Assembly (NCBI RefSeq): GCF_013365455.1 | Contig: NZ_CP046578.1 | Location: forward strand, 720,001-752,000 | DNA length: 32,000 nucleotides | Direction of reading: 5' to 3' | Origin: Wolbachia endosymbiont of Dirofilaria (Dirofilaria) immitis | GTDB lineage: Bacteria > Pseudomonadota > Alphaproteobacteria > Rickettsiales > Anaplasmataceae | Shown: positions 19,891 through 30,010 of the stretch, piece after piece | How positions within the stretch are numbered: position 1 is the first letter of the stretch | How the letters are laid out: every line of letters begins with the position of its first letter | Translations under genes and position numbers: made by a program | Notes under the pieces: model-generated | Seen by the model: only the letters and a program-made list of their open reading frames with translations | Databases searched by the model: none | What the model was told of the DNA's origin: nothing

Positions 19891-21063
19891 ATGTCTAACC
19901 TAAAGACGATGATGTTAAATTTTGGGCCTCAACATCCGGCTGCACATGGAGTGTTGCGTCTTGTTTTAGAAATGGATGGCGAAGTGATTGAAAGAGCAGA
20001 CCCTCATATTGGTTTTCTACACCGTGGTACTGAAAAATTAATAGAACATAAAACGTATCTTCAAGCCTTACCTTATTTTGATCGCCTTGACTATGTATCA
20101 CCAATGTCACAAGAGCATGCATATTCACTATGCGTGGAAAAATTGCTACGATGTGAAGTTCCAATTAGAGCAAAATACTTGCGTGTTCTATTTTGTGAAC
20201 TAACAAGAATACTCAACCATCTACTCAATATCTCTTCTCAAGCACTCGACGTCGGAGCAATGACTCCTCTTTTATGGCTCTTTGAAGAAAGAGAAAAGAT
20301 ATTAGAGTTTTATGAGAGAGCTTCAGGGGCAAGGTTTCATGCAGCTTATATTAGGCCAGGTGGAATCGCAGCAGATGTTCCAGAAGGTTTAACTGAGGAT
20401 ATTGCAAAGTTTATAGAGCAGTTTCCAAAGTATATAGACGATATTGACGACCTCTTAACAGAAAATAGAATATGGAAACAACGTACTGTAGGAATCAGTG
20501 AAATGTCAATTAAACAGGTTCTTGACTGGGGCTTTAGTGGCCCAATGTTGCGTGCAGCCGGACTTGCTTGGGATCTGCGAAAAAGCCAGCCATATGAGAT
20601 ATATGATCAATTAGATTTTGATATACCGATCGGCCAAAACGGCGACTGTTACGACCGTTATTTAGTAAGGATGGAAGAGATTAGGCAGTCTACTAGACTA
20701 GTAAAGCAATGTATAGAGAAAATGCCTGAAGGACCAATAAAAACTGAAGATAGAAAAATTTCTCCACCGCCAAGAGCAGAGATGAAAAAGTCTATGGAAG
20801 CTCTAATTCATCATTTTAAGCTTTATTCAGAAGGATACCATGTACCAGAAGGTGAGGCTTATGTGGCTGTTGAGGCACCAAAAGGCGAGTTTGGAGTATA
20901 TATAGTTTCAGATGGTACTAATCGACCATATAGATGTCGAATAAGAGCACCTGGCTTTGCACATTTACAAGCCTTAGATTTCATGGCAAAAGGGCACATG
21001 CTTTCTGATATTGTAGCAATCATTGGTTCACTTGATATAGTTTTTGGTGAGATTGACAGGTAG
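19891..21063 (+). CDS. nuoD: NADH-quinone oxidoreductase subunit D
   Basis: The 390 aa product has [34 protein letters not shown] and C-terminal [11 protein letters not shown], all canonical NuoD. No other nuo genes flank it. Confidence 0.97.
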   Translation: MSNLKTMMLNFGPQHPAAHGVLRLVLEMDGEVIERADPHIGFLHRGTEKLIEHKTYLQALPYFDRLDYVSPMSQEHAYSLCVEKLLRCEVPIRAKYLRVLFCELTRILNHLLNISSQALDVGAMTPLLWLFEEREKILEFYERASGARFHAAYIRPGGIAADVPEGLTEDIAKFIEQFPKYIDDIDDLLTENRIWKQRTVGISEMSIKQVLDWGFSGPMLRAAGLAWDLRKSQPYEIYDQLDFDIPIGQNGDCYDRYLVRMEEIRQSTRLVKQCIEKMPEGPIKTEDRKISPPPRAEMKKSMEALIHHFKLYSEGYHVPEGEAYVAVEAPKGEFGVYIVSDGTNRPYRCRIRAPGFAHLQALDFMAKGHMLSDIVAIIGSLDIVFGEIDR

Positions 21064-21076
21064 ACTTTCAGTTACA

Positions 21077-21103
21077 GCCAGCATAAGTGAGCTGGTCTTT
21101 TTT
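21077..21103 (+). terminator. Rho-independent terminator after nuoD
   Basis: gccagc-ataagtga-gctggt stem-loop followed by cttttttatt. It starts 14 nt after the nuoD stop. Confidence 0.6.
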
Positions 21104-21222
21104 ATTATTTTTACAGCTTGAATTACCTCTTACTACTTTACGAATAAACAAAAACCTTATATCTACTCCCTAATTACACATTAGTATAAACTTACCGCTT
21201 ATACTAACTACTTACTCTTCTA

Positions 21223-21993
21223 TCAAAGCACATTTTCATTAAATAGGCAAACTGTGCTCAACCCGTTTCTTAAGGTAAACACAGAACCTACTTTTTCAAG
21301 TATAAGGTAATCATCAACTGTTCGAAAATTCACTATAGATTCATACCCTGCAGAGTCAACCATAAAAACTGCTGGAAAATCAGAATTTGTTTTATTAAAC
21401 TGCAGATACGTGAATTTCCCATCATCAAAGACTTTAGTTGGTACTATTGATTCACTACCTTTAACATGTGAGACAGAATAATTAAAGTTTAAGCCTCTTT
21501 TTATAACTTCAATATCATTCATATCAGGCAGCACAGTAGTAGGATTAGCTTGCTCAAGAATATCACCGTTACCAGTTGTATAGATTTCATCACTGTTAAA
21601 TAGTGGATAAAGAAACCTAACTTCATATGCTAACCTTGGATCATCTAGCCCAGTCGCTTCCTCAGCACGAAATTCAAAGTAATAAACTCTTTTATTAGTA
21701 ATAATAGTTGCATTAGTATCAGCAATATCATCTATAGGTTTAATGAACAACCTATTGCCCTGAGGAATAAGCTGCCAACCAGTTGGATCGCCCATTGAAA
21801 GGTTCTGTATTATCTCACCTGACTCAAACAATATGCTAGACTGATAACCATAAAAACCTGTGTACTTATGTATAGCCTGCGGATTATAATTTATTACCTT
21901 TATATGACTGTCTGCAGCTATTGAACGTGGTTCCTGTTTTGCAAACGCATCACCACAAAAAAACACCAGCACTATAAATAACAAACTAATCAT
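21223..21993 (-). CDS. virB9: Type IV secretion system protein VirB9 (solitary copy)
   Basis: The 256 aa product has a signal peptide (MISLLFIVLVFFCGDAFA) and a VirB9/TrbG-like body (ITNKRVYYFEFRA, GKFTYLQF, PAVFMVD). No other vir genes are present in the window. Confidence 0.8.
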   Translation of the reverse strand: MISLLFIVLVFFCGDAFAKQEPRSIAADSHIKVINYNPQAIHKYTGFYGYQSSILFESGEIIQNLSMGDPTGWQLIPQGNRLFIKPIDDIADTNATIITNKRVYYFEFRAEEATGLDDPRLAYEVRFLYPLFNSDEIYTTGNGDILEQANPTTVLPDMNDIEVIKRGLNFNYSVSHVKGSESIVPTKVFDDGKFTYLQFNKTNSDFPAVFMVDSAGYESIVNFRTVDDYLILEKVGSVFTLRNGLSTVCLFNENVL

Positions 21994-22099
21994 AATACTT
22001 AAACCGTATGCCAGTCATTATTCTACCATTGAGAAAAATTCACTGCAACTGTCAAGGCGTTATCTTATATATCACTTACTTACTACTTAAGCAATTGCA

Positions 22100-22968
22100 T
22101 AATCCACTGCTCCTTTAAACTTACTGATCAGGTTTTTATACCTTTTAGTAAACCAGATTTAAATTCCATATACCCCTATCTTTTCAGATAGTATAATCCT
22201 TTAGTTTATACATATGTAATACTTTTTCTATTAAAGGTACAAACAAAAATTAGAATTCTATCACATTTGTACTCTTGTTATTATTTTCCCATAAATTTTG
22301 ACCACCAAACAATGTAATATCACTACATAACCTGTAAGCCCAAATTTAGTGTTCCACCTGCTCCCAAACATACTTAACTGGTCTACTTATCCTACATAGC
22401 CATCTATATTAAATAATAGGAAATTTCCAGTTTCCCGTTGTTTTTGTTATATATAACATTTCTTTACTACCACGTTTGAAAGTAATATCAGTCTTATAAT
22501 CACTTAGTTAGGGGAATACTCCACAAACTGTCATCGCAGCACCAGCTTACTAGCATTTTATCAAGTCTATAAACAATTTCTAATCTTACACAAGCATAGA
22601 GGATTTTAGTAAGACATATAATAATTGTACTTAAAAGTGTATCCATTACTTGTTCTAGCACCTAAGTAGACAAATCAATTTACTCCATTTATCGAGAATC
22701 ACAATGTTCTCATCTTCGTAGATAATATCAAGCTCTATGTCATAATTAGTCTCAGTTGAGACTAATTATGACATAGGCAAAACCAAATTTTGCCAACGCA
22801 CTATAACAATTAGAGCACTCAACACATATTGAAATAGAGAAGAGTACTAAATTTATTACTCCCTGCGCTATATACACAAACATGATTATCACAATTGAGA
22901 CCTTTGTTCTAAGTTACTACACTTAGCATAGTTAAAAAATTTAACCCTGCCCATTTTGCTTCATTCAT
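22100..22968 (-). pseudogene. Eroded RluD/RluC-family 23S rRNA pseudouridine synthase relic
   Basis: Colinear minus-strand anchors sit in shifting frames. LDIIYEDENIVILDK (22732-22688) matches LDI.YEDE.I.V.NKP. IVYRLDK (22577-22557) followed by NASKLVLR matches the catalytic GIVHRLDKDTSGL.VVAK. SDITLFGG (22324-22301) matches .GD..YGG. VLHMYKLKDYTI (about 22222-22184) matches .LHA..L.F.HP. The 155 nt spacing between the first two anchors compares with about 159 nt in E. coli RluD. There are many in-frame stops, and the outer ends are approximate. Confidence 0.7.
22735..22776. repeat. Perfect 19 bp stem / 4 nt loop hairpin inside the rlu relic
   Basis: ctatgtcataattagtctc-agtt-gagactaattatgacatag, checked base by base. 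A second hairpin follows immediately at 22776-22794 (ggcaaaa-ccaaa-ttttgcc). Confidence 0.9.
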
Positions 22969-23281
22969 GTTTTAATAGCAAAAAGCTCCTGCTTCTCCCG
23001 TAAAGGATAGTAATTTACTACTGCTCTTTAATAGCAGCATTATCAGTACTGACTAAGATACCAAGAGATATATATAAAACTAGAGAAAATACCAAGCACA
23101 ATAAAAAAAAATTCCAAAGAAACACCAAATTCTTCTCTACAAGCATACTATAATAACCTAAGTGCTATGATAATAATCAATGGTTCAGGGAAATGCGGAT
23201 AAGAACAAAACTAAATGCCGTAAACTAACAACTCAGTTTATTATATAAAAAACCCTATATACTATAGGGATAATTTTATTC

Positions 23282-23310
23282 TTTTATTTTTTTATTATTA
23301 CAGATATAAT
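23282..23310 (+). promoter_or_regulatory. Candidate promoter for initiator tRNA
   Basis: A perfect TATAAT at 23305-23310 lies 13 nt upstream of the mature tRNA 5' end. The -35 region is poor (ttttat) and is embedded in an AT-rich tract. Confidence 0.3.
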
Positions 23311-23323
23311 AGCTAAATAACGA

Positions 23324-23397
<74 letters not shown>

Positions 23398-23953
23398 CTT
23401 CATGTCTATATTCCAAAAGTTACTTTAATTATTAAATCGATCTCACCCTAATAATAACAGAAAATCAAAATTCCACAGAAAAAATCATTATTACCAGTTA
23501 ATTAGAAAGGTTATATAGAAAAGGACTAAAGAACTTTTATAGTCTATTCTGCTACATTATCAGTAGCATGAGCTTCAAAATAGGAGCACTTGCAGATAAG
23601 ATCAATTTACGTTTCATTATCTTAAGTTGCAGATCAAAAGTTATTGCTACTGTTTCTTCAATATTATTTTACGCATATTATATACAACAGTATAAGAAAA
23701 GAACTATTCTCCACAAAAGATTCTTTCGTATATATTTAATTACACATTGTAGATATTATAATTTGAGTTAGTCTCACCACAATTCACAACCACTACTTTT
23801 CTGATATAATACTTAAATAACACCAGTAGCTTTAAAAACAATTACAGTGTGCTGCAGCGTATAGCTATACAGACGTTAAGTTAATTTTGTCTTACTTCCA
23901 GTGAAGGTAATTACTAAATCAAAGTGTTCATTGTATTACATAGTTTTACATAG

Positions 23954-24547
23954 TTAAGGATACAGCTGTTCTATTTTCCAATTGCTCCTTGCAACAAGAG
24001 TATACCTAAATCTAGTATGCCTCCTATACTCACCTTCTTGCCAAAATTCAATTATTTTTGGAATCACGTAAAATCCTACCCAAAAAACAGGACAGGAAAC
24101 TTGTATATCACTAAATTCCTTCTCTTTAACTTCGATATCTTGCTTGAAGTTTTCCCAATCTTCCAGAATGCTTGATTGCTTTGAGCACCATGCACTAATT
24201 TGACTATTGCGTGCTCGAGAAGAAAAGTATTTGCCAGCTTGCTCGTTATCTAAAAGTTTAACATCTCCTTCAACTCGTACTTGTCTAGAAAATTCTATCC
24301 AGTGAAATACTAATGCAGCTTTAGGATTTTCAGTTAATTCTTTCCCTTTTCTGCTATTCACGTTAGTGAAAAACGCAAAGCCTTTTTCACCATATTCTTT
24401 TAGTAACACTACTCTTGCGGATGGAACGCAGTCTTTACTGCAAGTTGCTAGTGTCATCGCAGTTGGTTCTTTACATGAAGAATTAAGCACTGCTGTATAC
24501 CACATTGAAAACAAACCAAGTGGATCTTTCTCAGGTGAAAACGTCAT
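23954..24547 (-). CDS. pdxH: Pyridoxamine 5'-phosphate oxidase
   Basis: The 197 aa product carries ARVVLLKEY...GFAFFTNVNSRKGKEL..NP.AALVFHW....RQVRVEG and C-terminal EFWQ....R.H.R..Y. Confidence 0.9.
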   Translation of the reverse strand: MTFSPEKDPLGLFSMWYTAVLNSSCKEPTAMTLATCSKDCVPSARVVLLKEYGEKGFAFFTNVNSRKGKELTENPKAALVFHWIEFSRQVRVEGDVKLLDNEQAGKYFSSRARNSQISAWCSKQSSILEDWENFKQDIEVKEKEFSDIQVSCPVFWVGFYVIPKIIEFWQEGEYRRHTRFRYTLVARSNWKIEQLYP

Positions 24548-24562
24548 ATTTAAAAATATGAA

Positions 24563-25378
24563 TCAATTTTGGCATGCATTACAAAAATAAGTGCTACGAC
24601 CATTCTGTCGTATAAGTGTTATGATATTACCACAAACTTTGCAAGGATTTTGAACTCTACCATATACATAGAAACTATTTTGAAAGTATCCAACAGACCC
24701 AGATGGCTGTGTATAATTCCTCACCGTTGAACCTCCTGCAGCAATTGCATCATTCAAAGTATTTTTTATCTCGGTGGCAAGTTTCTCGCACTCTTTATAT
24801 TTCAAATCCTGCGCCGGCCTGAGCGGTGATATGCGAGCTCTAAATAAGCTCTCAGAAGCATATATGTTACCCACACCAACTATTAGCTTATTATTCATTA
24901 ATGTCGATTTAATATTTGCTTTTCTATTTTTCAGTAACTTCTGCAAATAACTTCCACTGAATTCACTTGTGAGAGGTTCTATTCCAAAATTATTAAAAAA
25001 ATTACTTTTTTGCTCTTTACTTAAAATAATAACTGACCCAAACCTCCTTGGATCATAAAAGGTTATTGAAGCATTATCAGAAAATAAAAATATCACATGA
25101 TCATGTTTACCCTGTGCTCGATTACCTTCAGCATATATAAGCTTTCCACTCATGCCAAGATGCATAATCACAGCTGCATCATTGTCTACACACCAGATTA
25201 TATACTTACCTCTACGCTCGATATCACTTACACATCTATTTTTTAGTATATCATTAATATTCTTTGTTACTGACACACGCATACTCCAATTATTAACTAT
25301 TACACTACTTATCTGCCTATTTTTTATCTCATTAAGTAAAAAATTAGAGATTACTTCTACTTCCGGCAGTTCTGGCAT
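24563..25378 (-). CDS. mutM: Formamidopyrimidine-DNA glycosylase (Fpg/MutM)
   Basis: I place the start at the internal MPELPEVE (ATG at 25378), because Fpg catalysis uses Pro2. The ORF-track start at 25450 adds 24 non-homologous residues. The product also has the C-terminal zinc finger C.VC......I...GRSTYFC..CQ. Confidence 0.92.
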   Translation of the reverse strand: MPELPEVEVISNFLLNEIKNRQISSVIVNNWSMRVSVTKNINDILKNRCVSDIERRGKYIIWCVDNDAAVIMHLGMSGKLIYAEGNRAQGKHDHVIFLFSDNASITFYDPRRFGSVIILSKEQKSNFFNNFGIEPLTSEFSGSYLQKLLKNRKANIKSTLMNNKLIVGVGNIYASESLFRARISPLRPAQDLKYKECEKLATEIKNTLNDAIAAGGSTVRNYTQPSGSVGYFQNSFYVYGRVQNPCKVCGNIITLIRQNGRSTYFCNACQN

Positions 25379-25395
25379 AAGGCCTTCCTTAAAAC

Positions 25396-25623
25396 TTAAG
25401 TTTCTGGTGACAATTTTACTGTTAAAAATTCCAAAAACATGTTCAGGCATTCCATGAATCTCCTTTCCAAAAATTTCTCACCATAAATAAACTTTGAAAG
25501 TGGCCTATTTTGTCTAACCTGTTGCTGTTTTTTTCTTCTTAGGATATTTTGTTTTAAAGCCCTCGCTAATCTTTTTCTTTCTTCTTCTTTCTTCTCATTC
25601 TTTTTTATGTTACTCATATGCAT
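25396..25623 (-). CDS. Hypothetical small basic protein
   Basis: The 75 aa ORF is lysine/arginine/glutamine-rich (KKNEKKEEERKRLARALKQNILRRKKQQQVRQNR). It ends 18 nt before the fpg start. I recognise no family, and the composition could be fortuitous. Confidence 0.3.
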   Translation of the reverse strand: MHMSNIKKNEKKEEERKRLARALKQNILRRKKQQQVRQNRPLSKFIYGEKFLERRFMECLNMFLEFLTVKLSPET

Positions 25624-25630
25624 GAACCTT

Positions 25631-25703
25631 GCCGTTATAGCTTAGGTGGTAGAGTACGTCATTGGTAATGACGAGGTCCCAAGTTCGAGTCTTGGTAACG
25701 GCA
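25631..25703 (+). tRNA. tRNA-Thr (anticodon GGT)
   Basis: The cloverleaf folds by hand. Acceptor gccgtta/taacggc, anticodon arm cgtca-ttGGTaa-tgacg, T arm ccaag-ttcgagt-cttgg. Confidence 0.93.
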
Positions 25704-25739
25704 CACTGACTATACTTAAAATAAGAACTCAGAAAAAAG

Positions 25740-27266
<1,527 letters not shown>

Positions 27267-28099
27267 ATCGAAAAAAAGTGATTTTTAGTTAACAAAGTAT
27301 ATACTACTTTTTTAGAAGTGTAAAAAATTCCATTCCTGCATAAATAGCCTTCTAAATGATAAATATAATTTTTAGCTATAGAAAGTCATAAACAACAGGT
27401 AAAAGTTCAGGGCAACATCTTTATATTAGTAATTTTGCTGCCTTTTTGGTTGAGTGTTTATCTAATAGCACTCAAATAAATAACTAGAAAATTTTTTATC
27501 CTAGAGTTAACTACTTTGAAGCATTACTCAATAACATAGCAAGTCTAGAAGATGAAGAAAAGATACAGATACCAATACAAAAGGAGCCTTTGCTCTAATA
27601 GGAAGAAAAAATTGAAGTTGCCTACAGTCTTTCCCAAGTCATTTCAGGATTTCTGCTAGCAGTGCTGAAGAGGACATTTGTCGAACACATGAAATGCTAA
27701 ATCTAAAAACTTATACTTTCAAACTGAATCATGCGATAGAGATTATTAGAACAATAAGTCACTCAAAGCATGTTAAATCTCATTATGATAAAAAGTACCA
27801 TGCTTAAGTAAAATATGATTTACTTTAGAAGAGCATCAAATTTTTAAGAAGTAAAAAAATGATGTTGGAAGAGACACTAAAAAGCATGCTAACGCTAATG
27901 CAGGCATTAAAAGCAGATTTTAGAGTCGCACTCAAAATGAAAAACGAAAGCTTTAATAATCTAGCTAGATGATTAATATATATTACTATTTTAACAGAGA
28001 AAGAATGTAATTACTCTGCACGCTGGTATTGGTGTAGTGTTAATTTAAGGTCAAATCTTCATAAGAGGACAAGATACGCATCTACTTACCAAGCAAAAT

Positions 28100-28739
28100 T
28101 TGGTATTAATTAATCAATTTACACCACAAGTGTAAGTACTTGCCATTCTGTACTATCTTTAGCATTCTTAGCAATAGGTTTGAAGGCACTTTGTACCTAT
28201 AATTAAAATACTAAAAGGTAAAAAATATACTTCCTATTGAAAAATAGCAGTAAAATCAATAAAATTAGGCGTATTAAATACACTACTGTAACTAGTACAA
28301 ACAGGTTTAGCATATATAACTTCTAGGCTCTGGTATTAGCTTATCGTTCTTAGCCTGCTATTTAAAGTAGCAGCGAAGTAGAAAAATAGTTGAACATATT
28401 GTCTATTCAGTGACCTACTTTGGGTAAATTCACTGAAAGCTTATTTACTGAAGTAGTAGTTATATCAAAATGGTACTATTATAACAATTCCGTTGTGAAT
28501 TTTTTTTCATTTTCTTAAAAGGGTACTGGCAATAGATACATCCAAGCACTCTGAATAGCACCATAAAATCACTACAATCAGATACATAAGACCTACAACA
28601 ACCCTAGCTACTTTTAAAGTAAAAACAGACCTTTAGACCAAAAAATATCGCTATTATTAGGATGGTAGAACTATAAAAACACGTCAAGCAATGTAGATAT
28701 TATATTATTTTAAAACACTATACTCTTTTTATAAAACAT
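28100..28739 (-). pseudogene. Probable eroded heme exporter permease (ccmB-like) relic
   Basis: An SD-like aaggtggaga and an ATG (28739) lie 24 nt after the ccmA stop. One frame then reads MFYKKSIVF*NNIISTLLDVFL*FYHP...FYGAIQSAWMYLLPVPF*ENEKKFTTELL** for 88 codons without a frameshift. It is hydrophobic, and a motif at 28520-28482 resembles the conserved CcmB F..D.eDGsLe.L at the colinear position. More hydrophobic frames follow (LNLFVLVTVVYLIRLILLILLLFF). At least 10 in-frame stops are present, and the 3' end is approximate. Confidence 0.45.
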
Positions 28740-28763
28740 TTTAAACTTTCTCTCCACCTTTGC

Positions 28764-29390
28764 TCAGTAAGAGCAATCAACCATAAAATTACACATGTCA
28801 ATCGTTATAAAATCATACAATTGTTTCATGGGATTATGTCCCGTGATAACCACTATACCATTTTGTTCAGAACGCGTTAAGATTAAACCCAGTACTAATT
28901 TATACGCCGTACTATCAAGATTACAAAATGGTTCATCTATTAACCAAACATTTGCATTAGAAATCAAAAGGCGAGCAAAAGCAACTCTCTTTTTCCATCC
29001 TGCAGAAAGTGCACCATATCTAACATTAAGTACAGGTCGCAACTGTAAACAACAAATAGCTGCCATGGTTAACTCTCTAGTATCCCGTATTCCTGCCCAG
29101 AATTCTATATTTTGAGCAACAGTTAGGTTATCTTTACAGGCATTCTTATGCCCCACATAGACCATAGAAGATACATAAGGTCGTGGATCATTATATATAT
29201 CTTTTCCACAGTATCTTATGCTTCCCGATACTGGTGGCAAGAGCCTAGACAAGCTTCTAATTAAGCTGGTTTTGCCACTACCATTTGGACCAGTAATTAA
29301 AACTCTCGATTTTGGCTCAGCTTTAAAACTAAGATTTTTAAACAATATTTTGTTATTACGGACACAGGATAAACCTTCACATTCGAGCAT
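28764..29390 (-). CDS. ccmA: Heme ABC exporter ATP-binding protein CcmA
   Basis: The 208 aa product has Walker A GPNGSGKTSLIRSL, signature LSAGWKKRVAFARLL and Walker B WLIDEP. Its size and motifs are typical of CcmA. Confidence 0.88.
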   Translation of the reverse strand: MLECEGLSCVRNNKILFKNLSFKAEPKSRVLITGPNGSGKTSLIRSLSRLLPPVSGSIRYCGKDIYNDPRPYVSSMVYVGHKNACKDNLTVAQNIEFWAGIRDTRELTMAAICCLQLRPVLNVRYGALSAGWKKRVAFARLLISNANVWLIDEPFCNLDSTAYKLVLGLILTRSEQNGIVVITGHNPMKQLYDFITIDMCNFMVDCSY

Positions 29391-29393
29391 GAA

Positions 29394-29861
29394 TTACCTA
29401 CCTCTTCCTTTATGCTTCTCACGAGTTGAAGCTTGAGCTCTTATAAATATCTCCCAGAATCCTTTCTGCCTATCTTTTTTATATATCAATTGTGCAAAAC
29501 GCTGCATTAAATTACTGCCAACTATAACCATTTTTGTCCATTTACCTACTGGCTTTGCTATGCCAACTATTTTTGGATCCCCTTTATACTGTATATCCTT
29601 TTGCCTCTCACGTAGCATTTCTAAACGTTTTATTAGCTCTCTTCGCTTATTTTCTTGATATAGCTCATTATATTTCCTGTTTTCTTCACATTCTTCTTTA
29701 AGCCCTTCTTTAGGGAAGATAATTTTCCTAACCCAACCTCTATATATTTTTCTAAAAAAGAAAAATATTGCAGCTATAGCAAGTAAAATTGTGCTACATA
29801 TAATGATTTGCCCAAATGACATTTTTGTACTCAGCTTATTGAAAGAGCCATCTATAATCAT
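29394..29861 (-). CDS. Hypothetical membrane-anchored, highly charged protein
   Basis: The 155 aa product has one TM helix (IIICSTILLAIAAIFFFF) followed by a K/R/E-rich domain. Its stop is 3 nt from the ccmA start. I recognise no family. Confidence 0.5.
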   Translation of the reverse strand: MIIDGSFNKLSTKMSFGQIIICSTILLAIAAIFFFFRKIYRGWVRKIIFPKEGLKEECEENRKYNELYQENKRRELIKRLEMLRERQKDIQYKGDPKIVGIAKPVGKWTKMVIVGSNLMQRFAQLIYKKDRQKGFWEIFIRAQASTREKHKGRGR

Positions 29862-30010
29862 AGCCTAACTATAGAAACTTCACAATTTTTTGTAGGAAAA
29901 ATGATACCAGAAAGTAACATTGAACTTCAAAAATAATACAAGTATCCAAGCAAACAAACTTGTATTTGATAAGATTTACTCCTATACTTTAAAATGCCGC
30001 TGCAACAAAT

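Noticed and set aside
19895-20164. 89 aa ORF antisense to nuoD
   Set aside because: It is a shadow ORF inside a highly conserved gene.
23568-23771. 67 aa ORF in the spacer between tRNA-fMet and pdxH
   Set aside because: I see no RBS or motif, the composition is driven by AT-rich DNA, and the length is within chance expectation. It may be part of an undecoded relic.
24366-25457. Plus-strand ORFs antisense to pdxH and fpg (24366-24590, 25152-25457), and the 24-codon N-terminal extension of fpg (25379-25450)
   Set aside because: The first two are shadow ORFs. The extension is rejected because Fpg requires the N-terminal Met-Pro-Glu-Leu-Pro-Glu-Val start.
28795-29436. Plus-strand ORFs antisense to ccmA (28795-29115, 29218-29436)
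   Set aside because: They are shadow ORFs opposite a gene with intact ABC ATPase motifs.
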